64,000 nucleotides of DNA from Octopus vulgaris. Lineage: Eukaryota. The stretch is from contig OX597817.1 of assembly GCA_951406725.2 (NCBI GenBank), positions 21,080,001 to 21,144,000 of the forward strand. Reading direction: 5' to 3'. The stretch's first letter is position 1; every line of letters starts with the position of its first letter. The notes under the pieces are model-generated. The model had not been told where the DNA came from. It saw nothing but the letters and a program-made list of their open reading frames with translations, and did not search any database. Positions 41,103 through 53,915 of the stretch are shown in pieces. The translations under genes and the position numbers were made by a program.

Positions 41103-41293
41103 AGGCGCAGGAGTGCCTATTAATACCACAGAGTGGCTGTGTGGTAAGCAACTTGATTACCAACCACATGGTTCCGGGTTCAGTCCACTGCGTGGCATCT
41201 TCGGCAAGTGTCTTCTACTATAGCCTCGGGCCGACCAAAGCCTTGTGAGTTGATTTGGTAGACGGAAGCTGAAAGAAGCCCGTCGTATAGATG

Positions 41294-41365
<72 letters not shown>

Positions 41366-41582
41366 CGTGCGTGTGTGTGTGTGTGTATGTCTGTGTTTTC
41401 CCCCCAACATCACTTGACAACCGATGCTGATGTATTTACGTCCCCTTAAGATAGTGGTTCGGCAAAATAGACCTATAGAATAAGTACTAGGCTTACAAAA
41501 ATAAGTCCTGGGGTGGATTTGCTCGACTAAAGGCTGGCTCCATCATTGCTACAGTCAAAAGACTGAAACAAGTAAAAGAGTA
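41103..41582 (+). mobile_element. tRNA-derived SINE, family C (small insertion in the head)
   Basis: Homolog of 20002-20411; followed by a decayed family A copy on the minus strand (~41583-41770). Confidence 0.86.
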
Positions 41583-42204
41583 TTTCTGTTAGAGGCACAA
41601 GACCCTAAACTATTGAAGGAAGGTGATAGTCGATTACATCGACACCAGTATTTAACTGGTACTTACGTTTTCAATCCTGCTAGGCTGAATGGCAAAGTTG
41701 ATTCCTTCAGAATTTGAAGTAAGAATATACAAACGAAAGAAGTTAGCAATTCGTAAAATACCGTAAAACATATATAAATTTCTGAGATTAAAATAACAAA
41801 ATATTCCAATGGCTAACTAAAATGAAAAAAATCTTCATCCCCCAAATTAAAAGACTATCAGGCTCCACTGCCTATAACACAATACCTGCCCTTTTAAACT
41901 TTTACAAATAAGCTTCAGGTATAGAGTCGATATACATAACTCAGAAACCGATCCACGGAGCCTGATAATCATTTGATTTTGGAGATGGAGCTTTCTTCAT
42001 ACATTTGTTTATTATGCCTTATTTGGCGGATTCGAAGCTCCTGGAAACGTTGACGGAAATTCTATTGAAGCTTTTCTTATATCTATGACTATTGGGGAAA
42101 TGTTTTTCAATCACTGTTACGAATTTTTTACCTACAATAATCTAAACATAGAAGGAGAAATGTGGAACAAATAACTTATATAACTTATATATAACTTATC
42201 TTAG

Positions 42205-42303
42205 TTTATTATATATTAGTTATATTATTATATATTAGTTATATTATTATATATTAGTTATATTATCATATATTAGTTATATTATTATATATTAGTTATA
42301 TTA
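42205..42303. repeat. 19-bp minisatellite (tatattattatatattagt), about 5 copies
   Basis: Direct reading. Confidence 0.8.
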
Positions 42304-43391
42304 ATATAACTTATCTGAATTTATTATAAGAAAGTTTTTTTTTTTATAATATTTATATTTTCTGTTTAAATTCTCTGTCGTACAAGTCAGACGCCGTTAT
42401 ACTAAGGGACTGCCTTATCAAACATCTCTTTTGAGGAAGAGAGGTTAGACTTCGTATTATTAATGTTTGCTATATTTTTTTTGACGACAATAAAGTTGTG
42501 ATAAGTCTGTGTGCATACATAAATATTTCCCTTGGTTTATGGCAGGGCTTGGAAGCGTTTCGTTCTTAAGTCTAGCGAAATATCTAAAAAGTTAACTTTA
42601 GTCAAGTCTGTAGCCTATTAAAACACACTGTATATGACAGAATAAAAAAATGCTTTGCTCTCACCAATTATTACAGAACTTTATTTTAATGATGGTATAC
42701 GTCATTTCATGACGTATACTATAGTGAATCATGCTACATTTAATGTCTGTATGATGAATCACACACACACACACACGCGCACACACGCGAAGACATACAC
42801 AAACACATGAGTAATTTCAACACATAATTTGCTTCTATTGACACTACCACAGAAATGACTGACACCAAATGTGTGTAATAGATTATTCTAAAGGCATATC
42901 GTTCTTTTAACCGCTGTGTGATGCAGCTTCAATGCAATTATAAAAATGTCTACATCATACAGACAATCGAAGCATCGATGTTGGAAACTAATATATCGAT
43001 ATTGATCCGGCAGTGGACGATGTAAATCAGATCAAGAATAAATCAAGAGGAGGGCGATGGATTCGCTGAACTGTAAGAATGTCGGAGCGAATACGTTGTG
43101 GCCTTTGTTCTGACTCAATCTGTTACGAGTTCAAATCACATTGCTGTCAACTTCGCTAGTAGACTTAGTTATCATTAGGTTTCTATATACCACCTGGTAC
43201 CTTGATGGACCTTCAGCAGATTCAACTCTATCGCACTCAAGCAAGTACCGGGTTCAAGTTTCCATCCACCTCCTTCTCGTTAAATTCTTAGGCATTGTGT
43301 GGTGTCGATGACACTTCATTTTCTGATAGTAAAAATGATAACATGTACATAATAGATAGGCAATGAATGCAAACTCTAAATTATTAAAGAA

Positions 43392-43788
43392 CTAGCAGTA
43401 TCGCCCGGCGTTGCTCGGGTTTGTAAGGGAAATAACTATATAAGCATTTTTAGAGAGTTATAGCCAAAAAATAGCAAAAAAAATGCATTGAAAATGGGAA
43501 AAAAATGATGGTAATTTTTTTTTAAATCGTTGACTCATCGTAGACATTTTTAGAGAGTTACTTCCCTTATATAATAGCGAGAAAATGCATTAAAATGGAA
43601 AACAAATTATGTTAATTTTTTTAAAATCGTAGACACATCGTAGACGCGCGCTAATATCCAGAAAGGCTCGATATGAATCACGACTATAAGATACCCGGTT
43701 TTGGTTAAACTGCACCGCAAAATGTGGGAGTAGTTAGGAATCTAAATCGTAGGAGACAGACAGAAAACTTCACTTTTATATATAAAGA
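43392..43788 (-). mobile_element. Non-autonomous Helitron
   Basis: Minus strand A|TCTTTATATATAAAAG ... cccgagcaacgccggg hairpin ... CTAG|T; no TSD. Confidence 0.8.
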
Positions 43789-44576
43789 TATCCGTCTTAA
43801 CGTAATAAAATTCGAAAACAAGTTTTCTTAAATGTAGGCAAACCGTAGTGTAAAACAGAACGAAAATTTGCTCAGTAAAATATGTTCAACAAACAATTTC
43901 ACAAGTAACACAAGATAAAGTATTGCAGCAACTGAAAGTACATGAGTAGAGTTATAGAGAGGTGGTTAATACCGTAGCTGTACAAGTCTGCTTCCTGCAA
44001 ATAATTGCCTGCAGTTTTAATAGCCCCATATGTAAAAATGAGAAAAGGAAAATGAGAAAATATAGTTTGGTAGATTCGAATACGTTATAAAGCTCATCTT
44101 AATTTTGCGACTAGTATATGTGCTATAAATACAGTTACAGAACCAGCCAATATTAAATGAGAGTTGAACAAATCCAAGCGAAATTCCATGGACAGTAATA
44201 AGATAGATTTACTTACTGAAAATTACATACAGCAATATAAGTCTGAAACCTTATTATGTAATGCCTACGTAGAAGGAATAATGGCCTGCTGAGTTATAAG
44301 GAAGGACTAAAATGCAGTTATCTATTACCCACTGCCTTCCAAACTCAAAAGAAGACCTGCTGTGTTTTCACGCAGATTATCATACAAAATTTAACACAGC
44401 TAATATTTCTGTAGCAAGGGAATTCTGATACTAAAGCAGCTTCGAAAAAGGATATATATGCGAATTGCACACAAATCCAAAGCGGTGAAATGATCCTAAC
44501 TGCTTTCTTTCATATGGCCAATCCTTCACGAACTGGATATTCGATTTTTTCGTCTTACTCTTTTTCTCTACATTGT

Positions 44577-44607
<31 letters not shown>

Positions 44608-44609
44608 TA

Positions 44610-44938
44610 ATAATAAAATATTAGGGAATAAATCCAAACTTACAGGGAAAAATCAGATTTAGGATTGAATCCAATTTTATAGTAAAATATTATATTATAT
44701 TAAATTAGAGATAAAACCACTATTAGGCAAATCATACAATGAAAAACTTAAGCCAATACATAAGATTAATTAATTTATATTATTTAAATATATATCAAAA
44801 TTATTTAAAACAATAATTAATTATCTTTTTTAATAATTTTGATATATATTTAAATAATATAAATTAATTAATCTTATGTATTGGCTTAAGTTTTTCATTG
44901 TATGATTTGCCTAATAGTGGTTTTGTCTCTAATTTAAT

Positions 44939-44945
<7 letters not shown>
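44610..44945 (-). mobile_element. Non-coding pLTR fragment related to family P3: inverted arms plus tail
   Basis: Tail 44610-44690 nearly identical to 48410-48487; arms ~44693-44805 and ~44832-44945 inverted; (TA)n on both sides. Confidence 0.7.
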
Positions 44946-44997
<52 letters not shown>

Positions 44998-47319
44998 GTG
45001 TCCATTCTTTCTATGATCGCACAGAAGTCCTTCAATCAGGCTCGAACTCTCTGAATATAACAGGTTCTCACCGACTTGAAGTTCTTCCGTGTGTTTCTGT
45101 CACTTCTCGGATAACGTAGACAATAGCACGGGTTCAATTGTAACATGCAAACTTAGAATATATCCAGCGCAGCAGTGTTTTTGATCCTGATATTTAATAT
45201 CGTCCACTCCAATCTGATCTCAAATTAATTCGTGTCGCATAAGATCCAGCAACTATATTCCTAGCATGAATCTGTCCATGTGGATTTGTTTCGTAACTTG
45301 TACTTAGTCTTCTTTCTTCATCGCAATCAATGCGGCACTTACGTAAAGAAGCACAGTAGCACGGTTCTGTTGAAGCCATAAATGCCTAAAGTGTTGTCCA
45401 GCTGAGCGGTGAACGCGTCTTTCACCAGGACAGATGTTTGTCAGCTTCTTCTTATCCTCTGTAAGATATGTCTCACTATATGCTTACTGTTTAGACGTAT
45501 TCTTTCATCTCATCGATTACATCGCTTCTCACCACTGTCCGGCTTCGTTGTACGTTTTCGGACTGTATGTATTTTGTTTTAATTCGCTATATATTTGAGA
45601 CGTACTAATGAAATCTGGATGTCCAGCTCTGAGTGATAGTTTGCTACTTATCTGAGACTTCTGCGATTGTACGGTATCGTCTGTGAATCAGAGATGCATT
45701 AGTAACCCACACTGTTGCTGTTTACGTCACATTTCTAATCACTATCTGTTTACCATTTCAAGACAAGCGATGAAAAAATGTTTGGAGAGTAGTTATCTTC
45801 TTGTTTGGCCACTAAATTCCCGACTAGAATTCATACGGGTGTTGCTATTAGTTCAATATCGGTGGCTAAGATCACCTTCATACGCTTGCAAAATATGAAG
45901 TATTGCGCTTCGTCTTTTTGTATCTCTGCCGGTTTCAGCGCTGTATTCTTCTCGACGCTGTTAACAGAAATTTTGATATGCTTTGATGATATGGTAGTAT
46001 AGATATACTTTGTAGATATGGCAATGTTGATATGCTTTCCCTCGTTCTAGAAGATATGCGAGAGTGAATAGTTAGTGTGATTCATTCCTCGACCGTTGAT
46101 CATCGGGAAGATTCGACAGTCTGATGAGTGGCTTTTCTAAACAGTTCGCCGATGCGCTACACGAATCATACGGGGCCGAAGCTTCTCAAATCGTCCTTGT
46201 TACCATACCAATAAATCAAAATAGCATTGTATCAAAATGTCCTAGTGTAGCTTTAACGAAGTATACTAACCGAAAGAGTAGCTTTAACGAAATATACTTA
46301 GCGACAAAGCAGCAGAAGTCTTTTGATTTTACCTGCTTCAAGGAAATACTTTGTGAATTTCATCAAACTCCCTCATACCATAAGATAGCAATGCTCAATT
46401 CATATGGAATTTAGCATACGGACATAGAAGCATACGATAAACATAAATTTTATGAATGCTAGGACAATAATATTATGAAGAAACGAACTTAAAATTTACG
46501 CGTTTACTTCCAATTACACAAATTAATACAAAAGGTTTAAAATACTTCGAAGGTAAGCATCATCATATTTGTAATTTGTAAAAGTGATGTGAGGCCTAAT
46601 CCTGTCTGATAAAATACTGACACAGGATAGCCATGTACAATCCAAGAAAATAAAGGTAAAGCAAGATCAATAAAATATTCTGCTGTCATTTTTTTTCAAT
46701 CTGTTTTTTAACCATGAACAAAATAATACTAGCAATATTTTACATTCTGGATATAACGATGATGACGATGATGACGACGACGTCGATGACGTGGATGATG
46801 ATGATGATGATGTTGATAATGATGATGTCAAACTTCATACACAAAACTTTAGTTCATGCTTCATGTGTTGTACATTTGACGTTCATTAAATTGTTTGAAA
46901 TATTCATTTATGACAGCCAGAATTTAGGTGTATTTCCCGAATTCTATTCAGTGATATTTTATTATAAATGTCGCAATGTTATTTTGCTCTCTCGTTTAAT
47001 GTGCACTTTTTCACGGCGAATGTTGCCATGTTTGAATCACACGTGTTTGATATCTCTTCTTCGACTTCAGTTCGTTGAATACATTTATTTCCGTTCATTT
47101 AATAATATAATTATTGTGTGCAGGGACGAATGTGTCAATCAAATGAATTTTTTGTTTCTCTTTTTGAATAAATTGATTATATTTCTTTCCGTCAGCGCGT
47201 TAAATGTTTATTATTTTGCTCAACATTACGGTAATCAATTTGCAGAATGAGAATGTTTTAATTCTCTTGAGCTAATAACTCATAATATTGGCTCCTTGCG
47301 CTAGTTAATCTCACGAATA

Positions 47320-47910
47320 CCATCTGGATTACTGCTCACAGCTATGGTCACCCACCAGTGTGAAATTAACAGCGGACCTTGAAGCAATCCAGAGGAGATT
47401 CACAAAGGAGATCGTCTCTTTAAAACAGCTCAGCTACTGGGAAAGGTTGAAAGAGTTAAGACTCTACTTCCTGGAGAGAAGACAGGAGAGATATGCAGTA
47501 ATATATATCTGGAAGATCCTGGAAGGAATTGTGCCAAATTTTGGTATTGAAAGCTACACCAATTTCAGACGGGAAGACACTGCATAGTACCAAAGGTCCC
47601 AGCAATGCCATCACGCTTCAGGACCAGTTACTGAAACAGGCTGGATTTCAAGGGCCCACATCTTTTTAATATTCTCCCAAAGAGTCTGAGGAACTTGCAC
47701 AAAGTAGATGTAGGGGTTTTTAAATCAAAGCTGGACCTCTTCCTGTTGAGAGTCCCAGATGAACCTACCTCACCGCAAGAGATGCAAATGAGGTTAGATA
47801 TATCAAACGCCATGCTTCACCAAGTGCCACATATTAGGGGAGGCTTTTAGTAATAACAGTGTAGCAAAACGGCGGTGCATCAGCATGGCCACATCTCTGA
47901 GCTGAAACTA
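47320..47910 (+). mobile_element. 5'-truncated CR1/L2-group LINE 3' end (second family)
   Basis: DYCSQLWSP...LEAIQRRFTK...YWERLKELRLYFLERRQERY; 3' motif ggcggtgc...catggcc...gctgaaac. Confidence 0.82.
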
Positions 47911-48350
47911 GAGGAAAAAATACCAGTGAAATATTTTGGTCAAAAATGTTTAATTGTAAGAAGGGAATCATCAAAATACTGCTATATACGCAGATTTATC
48001 AGAATAGAGGAGAAACTATCTACTTTTCGATTCAGTAATATTGATAGGCACCTCTTTATTGAGCTATCTATCAAAGCTGGGCTTGATGTAAGACTTACCC
48101 TTCGCTAGAAACGAATCTTGATTTCAATATTATCAGCCAATATTTAATTTACATAATTTTTCTTACATGAACTCAAGTCCATTGACTTCCAGTTTCGTTT
48201 TCTGTTATTCAGATCACGGTAAAGAATTAGTTCATTCCAGGAGTCGATTCCTGTCCTTTTCAATCCACACGCTGTTTCTCTCTCCTTCATTTTCTCAGTG
48301 TCATACATACATACATACACACACATACATGCATATGCATACGCACATAC

Positions 48351-48411
<61 letters not shown>

Positions 48412-48584
48412 AAATATTAGGGAATAAATCCAAATTTACAGGGAAAAATCAGATTTAGGATTAAATCCAATTTTATAGTAAAATATTATATAATATTAAT
48501 TAGAGACAAAACCACTATTTTGCAAAACAAACAAGGAAAGACTTAATCAATACATAAAATTTTAGTAAAAAGTTAAAAAAACCG

Positions 48585-48627
48585 CCACTACAATTGTTTC
48601 ATGTCTTGAACGACAATCTTCAGGTGG
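48585..48627 (-). ncRNA. Minimal type I hammerhead ribozyme (P3)
   Basis: Reverse complement of 50701-50743. Confidence 0.78.
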
Positions 48628-50700
48628 ATTTCCGATCTAAAATATCAATATTTTAAAATATAAGTATAAAAAATAATTTTAAAATAATTAAAGTATCAAT
48701 GAAAAAATATAAATATATAATCTATATATAACCTAAATATAATCCATATATAATCAATATATAAACTAAAATAAACCTATCAACAATTAAATATAAAACA
48801 AAATAAAAATAAACTATATATACACCCATACACATATAACTAAGTATATATAACCATATCTAAATACATACACTAACTCACACACCTATATATATATCCC
48901 TATACAAACACATAAAAACGTCTAGGCAACGATAAATAAATAAAATAGCCAAATACTACAACACAATACTTATTTATACTCCCTCACACACACATACAAC
49001 CCACATTCATAAACAATATACGTATACCCGCTCACACATACATATACAAACATACAGAACTCGATATATACACCAATATATTCACACCCACATCTATACA
49101 GATAAATAAATTACGCAAACAATCACACACACATTCACACATCCATAAACACTCAAAAGAAAAATAAACAATTCTTTGCACGTGGTGATCGAACGTTTTT
49201 TTTTTTTTAAATTATGAATGGAATAATATATAATCAACTTAAATATACAGAATTTACTACAAATCATTAATAAACCATCATGATAAATGAAACCCATATA
49301 CATATAATGATAAAACTCCCTTTACCATACACAATTATACCTATATAGCAATCTCCATATATACATTCACACACAAATATACATAGGTAAAACACACACA
49401 CACACAACATATACGTATACCCCCTCACATATACATATACATACTTACTAAACTCGATATATACAACAATATGTTCACACCCACACTCATACAGATAAAT
49501 AAATTACACAACTAAAATATGCACACACACACACATTCACACATACATAAACACTCAAAAGAAAAACAACATTACTACACATAATACGATATATAAAATA
49601 CTTCATAAGTAACCAGAATATCATAAGTAACAAGATTAACATAAGGAGAAAAAAATATACATACTTTCAAATCAGTTTCAAATTATGAAGTGAAATTAAA
49701 CTCTAGCCGTTAAAAGCGTCAAACAAAATTACGTTAACATAGGAACCTAACATATGTATAAAAAGTATTCGCGCTCTGGAAACGAACGTCATTTAAAATT
49801 ATGAATGGAATAAATGGAATAAATGGAATTAAAAATTATATTCACGTGGTAAACGAACATTACTTAAAAATTATGAATGGAATAATGTAATAAAATAACA
49901 ATATGTGAGGGGGTATACGTATATGTTGTGTGTGTGTGTTTTACGTATGTATATTTGTGTGTGAATGTATATATGGAGATTGCTATATAGGTATAATTGT
50001 GTATGGTAAAGGGAGTTTTATCATTATATGTATATGGGTTTCATTTATCATGATGGTTTATTAATGATTTGTAGTAAATTCTGTATATTTAAGTTGATTA
50101 TATATTATTCCATTCATAATTAAAAAAAAAAACGTTCGATCACCACGTGCAAAGAATTGTTTATTTTTCTTTTGAGTGTTTATGGATGTGTGAATGTGTG
50201 TGTGATTGTTTGCGTAATTTATTTATCTGTATAGATGTGGGTGTGAATATATTGGTGTATATATCGAGTTCTGTATGTTTGTATATGTATGTGTGAGCGG
50301 GTATACGTATATTGTTTATGAATGTGGGTTGTATGTGTGTGTGAGGGAGTATAAATAAGTATTGTGTTGTAGTATTTGGCTATTTTATTTATTTATCGTT
50401 GCCTAGACGTTTTTATGTGTATGTATAGGGATATATATATAGGTGTGTGAGTTAGTGTATGTATTTAGATATGGTTATATATACTTAGTTATATGTGTAT
50501 GGGTGTATATATAGTTTATTTTTATTTTGTTTTATATTTAATTGTTGATAGGTTTATTTTAGTTTATATATTGATTATATATGGATTATATTTAGGTTAT
50601 ATATAGATTATATATTTATATTTTTTCATTGATACTTTAATTATTTTAAAATTATTTTTTATACTTATATTTTAAAATATTGATATTTTAGATCGGAAAT

Positions 50701-50743
50701 CCACCTGAAGATTGTCGTTCAAGACATGAAACAATTGTAGTGG
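50701..50743 (+). ncRNA. Minimal type I hammerhead ribozyme (P3)
   Basis: CCAC-CUGAAGA-UUGUC GUUCAA GACAU-GAA-ACAAUUGU-A-GUGG; GUA triplet; U10.1/U11.1 mismatch. Confidence 0.8.
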
Positions 50744-50828
50744 CGTTTTTTTTTACTTTTTACTAAAATTTTATGTATTGATTAAGTCTTTCCTTGTTTG
50801 TTTTGCAAAATAGTGGTTTTGTCTCTAA

Positions 50829-50901
<73 letters not shown>

Positions 50902-50914
50902 TATATATAGATAG

Positions 50915-51279
50915 ATAGGTATTTCAATAGGTGAATGAATTATCCTATGTTTATCCTCAGCATGGAAAATTCGTTGAACCGATACCAGGGTAGCAAATTC
51001 ACGTCAGAAACACGGTTGAAGCGACCTGTTCAAGGGTAGAAACTCCGGGTTCATGTGCAGAAATTTGTGTGTTATATATGAATAAATGAAAGAATGGAGT
51101 CGAACGAAGATGTTAACAAAATTCTTTTACTCTCGACATATGTTTCGAAGACAAGCTGGTTTCTTTCCAAAGGAATAAAGGGTGTAAGATGCAATCTTCT
51201 CATCAGGAAAGAAAGGGAGACTCTCTCGACAAGACAAACAAAAATTTAGATGACCGCCTACATGGTAGACAAAACGATA

Positions 51280-51281
<2 letters not shown>
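50915..51281. mobile_element. Non-coding pLTR-like element (family P4), internally inverted relative to 16249-16525
   Basis: 50915-51010 (+) matches the minus strand of ~16445-16525; 51083-51281 (-) matches the minus strand of ~16250-16410 and holds an intact HHR. Confidence 0.65.
51130..51211 (-). ncRNA. Type I hammerhead ribozyme (P4)
   Basis: CUUUC-CUGAUGA-GAAGA...UCUUC-GAA-ACAUAUGU-C-GAGAG; fully canonical core; GUC triplet; palindromic stem III. Confidence 0.88.
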
Positions 51282-51321
<40 letters not shown>

Positions 51322-51468
51322 GGTTAAGTAATTGAGATTCTAGTGAATTCTAAAGAATTCACATGAATATGTTCCTTAACTAGGATGCACCGGAAATCTA
51401 TATGGTGTTAACCATACGACAAATGGGGTGATTACAAATAGGAAAAAAGCAACAAGAATGGCTTAAAA

Positions 51469-51556
51469 TCTCGGTACGATCGTTTCGTACGAGGACATCT
51501 TTAATAAGCTACAAAAAATGCAGTGAATACAGATGGCTCGTACTCGTCAGCCGAAA
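51469..51556 (-). ncRNA. Type I hammerhead ribozyme (P5)
   Basis: Reverse complement of 51590-51676. Confidence 0.87.
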
Positions 51557-51589
51557 AAACATCAGAGAATTCCCAAACATCTGATGTTT

Positions 51590-51676
51590 TTTCGGCTGAC
51601 GAGTACGAGCCATCTGTATTCACTGCATTTTTGTAGCTTATTAAAGATGTCCTCGTACGAAACGATCGTACCGAGA
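51590..51676 (+). ncRNA. Type I hammerhead ribozyme (P5)
   Basis: UUUCGG-CUGACGA-GUACGAG...CUCGUAC-GAA-ACGAUCGU-A-CCGAGA; canonical core; GUA cleavage after 51670. Confidence 0.9.
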
Positions 51677-51702
51677 TTTTAATCCATTCTTGTTGCTTTT
51701 TT

Positions 51703-51841
<139 letters not shown>

Positions 51842-52060
51842 TATATATTATATATATATATATATTATATATTATATATATATATATATATTATATATTA
51901 TACATATATATATATATATTATATATTATATATATATATATATTATATATTATATATATATATATATATATATTATATATTATATATTATATATATATAT
52001 ATTATATATTATATAGATATATATATATATATATATTATATATTATATATATATATATAT

Positions 52061-52093
<33 letters not shown>

Positions 52094-52119
52094 CAATATG
52101 TTACATTACTCGGTAGTCA

Positions 52120-52182
52120 AGATAAAACTCTGAGTTTCAGATGCCGAAGTGGAAATCCACAACACCATCTCTTCGGTTATCT
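52120..52182 (-). ncRNA. Variant type I hammerhead ribozyme (PLE pLTR)
   Basis: Reverse complement of 55927-55989. Confidence 0.6.
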
Positions 52183-52377
52183 GGCTATTTGAAAACGTTA
52201 TGAAAAAATACCGTTAAAAATGAAGGGAAATTACTCTGTTATAACTCTGCTTTGCCTGCGTACTTATACATCGCTCGCATTTTTCGTCATAAAAATTATA
52301 TAAAAATACATAAAAAATATATAAAAATATATAAAAATATATAAAATCTTCTTGGGACATAACACAGAAAGCATGTT

Positions 52378-53835
52378 CTATCCGTTTTCTTTAGGGGACC
52401 AAAAACGTAACAGAAATTTAGTCACATGTGGGCATGATCCGAAAAGTTCTGTCCTTGTATTTAGACATGTGGTAGGGTCTAAGCTGCTTTTCCAGATAAG
52501 CCATCTCTCCATGTCGCATAAACCGCACCTTCCGCTGCCGTTAGTATAGGGCTTACATCTGGCCAAAATCTTCCATTGTATGTTATAATCGACACCTTTA
52601 TCTCTTAAAGACCAAATATGATTGGATAATTGTGTCGCTTTTCTTTTGTTCCAGTGCCTAAAGCTCAAAGTGTGGTTATTGAACCTGGCCTTGAAATTAC
52701 CCTCTGTCAGGCCCACGTATTTCTTCGTCAAAACGGTGTCTTTAGTGGTTATAGAGTTTACGGTAGCCTCATATATGATGGTCTTGGACATGCAAGCTCC
52801 ATTTAGCGGGCACAATTCTTTATTCCTGCATGAACAGCTGTTTTCTTCTTGTGTTTTTTGTATGTTATGATTGATTATGTTTTTAAAATTGGTAGTTGAA
52901 CTAAAACTAATTTTTAAATTGTGTCTATTGAAGAGTTTCCTATAAGCATGGTTAACTGGAAAATGTCTATCTATCAGTGCTAGGAAATATTTACCTATAT
53001 TGAAGGCCACCTCGGGTGAGTAAGGGGGCGTAAACCAGATGACCTTCCTATTTCTATTATTCCTTTTCTTTATTGTTGGGCTGGTGATAGGTGTATATTT
53101 TATTTTTTCGCTAAAACCACTATCTTTTAAAGCTTTATTATAAACTGGGGCAACGCTATTGAAGATGTCCTCATTAGATGAGAGGCTAGAAATCCTCTTA
53201 CTAATATTTTTAACTAAATTTTTGAATACTATAGGGGGATGGCATGAACCTACATTAATATAACTTAGTCTATCATTGGGCTTCCTATAAGGCTTATAAA
53301 TATTATTATTAAGATCTAAGGAAACGTCTAAGAAATTGACAACCGTCAGGTTAGTGTCTATAGTTATACTAAGTCCGAAGTGTTTCATTAACTGGATAAT
53401 ATCCTTCCTAAAACGATCTTGTGCTGGTCCATTTGTATTAGCTGTTAAGGCGAGGGCATCATCTTTGTAGATGGCGAAATGTACGTTAGGGAATGTCTTA
53501 CTGAAGGTATCTAGGAGAAAGAGTCCAATTAGATCACAGATGCCTGCCCCATCATATGAACCCATGCTCACATCGAAAGCGCCCTCCGTGTCGGTGTTTT
53601 TTACCCACTTTGCATTCTCACTGAAAAGTAATGTCTTTCTAGCATGGAAGATTATATCCTTATCATTGGTACTAATTTCTATGAAGTCACTAGCGAAGAT
53701 TAGGGCTTTATCTAGCAGTTCTTTAGAGATAGAGGCATAAAAATCAACAATATCGAATTGTGTAAACCTCGCTTTTTTCTTATTCTTAATAGCTTTAAAC
53801 CAGTCTACGACTTCTATACTATTGGACCATTGCAC
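52378..53835 (-). CDS. PLE reverse transcriptase + GIY-YIG endonuclease (5'-truncated, open frame)
   Basis: QFDIVDFYASI, FDVSMGSYDGA, YKDD, FLDVSL, WFTPPYS, CSCR..CPLNGAC, IIYEA...YVGLT..FKARFNNH, CGLCDME, LNTRTEL. Confidence 0.92.
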   Translation of the reverse strand: MQWSNSIEVVDWFKAIKNKKKARFTQFDIVDFYASISKELLDKALIFASDFIEISTNDKDIIFHARKTLLFSENAKWVKNTDTEGAFDVSMGSYDGAGICDLIGLFLLDTFSKTFPNVHFAIYKDDALALTANTNGPAQDRFRKDIIQLMKHFGLSITIDTNLTVVNFLDVSLDLNNNIYKPYRKPNDRLSYINVGSCHPPIVFKNLVKNISKRISSLSSNEDIFNSVAPVYNKALKDSGFSEKIKYTPITSPTIKKRNNRNRKVIWFTPPYSPEVAFNIGKYFLALIDRHFPVNHAYRKLFNRHNLKISFSSTTNFKNIINHNIQKTQEENSCSCRNKELCPLNGACMSKTIIYEATVNSITTKDTVLTKKYVGLTEGNFKARFNNHTLSFRHWNKRKATQLSNHIWSLRDKGVDYNIQWKILARCKPYTNGSGRCGLCDMERWLIWKSSLDPTTCLNTRTELFGSCPHVTKFLLRFWSPKENG

Positions 53836-53915
53836 TAGCCTAGTATCGGTCTTAATTTTCGTATTTATTTTATCTAAAATTTCTTTGCTAATAATCCCTA
53901 GTTCTGACTTGGCTG

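Larger units (their letters stand above)
48410..50840 (-). mobile_element. Non-coding Penelope-type element (family P3): ~940-bp inverted arms, two hammerheads, 3' tail
   Basis: Arms 48488-49432 and 49901-50840 are near-perfect reverse complements; tail 48410-48487; no meaningful ORF. Confidence 0.8.

Noticed and set aside
46121-46180. CUGAUGAG motif
   Set aside because: No correctly placed GAAA or stem III
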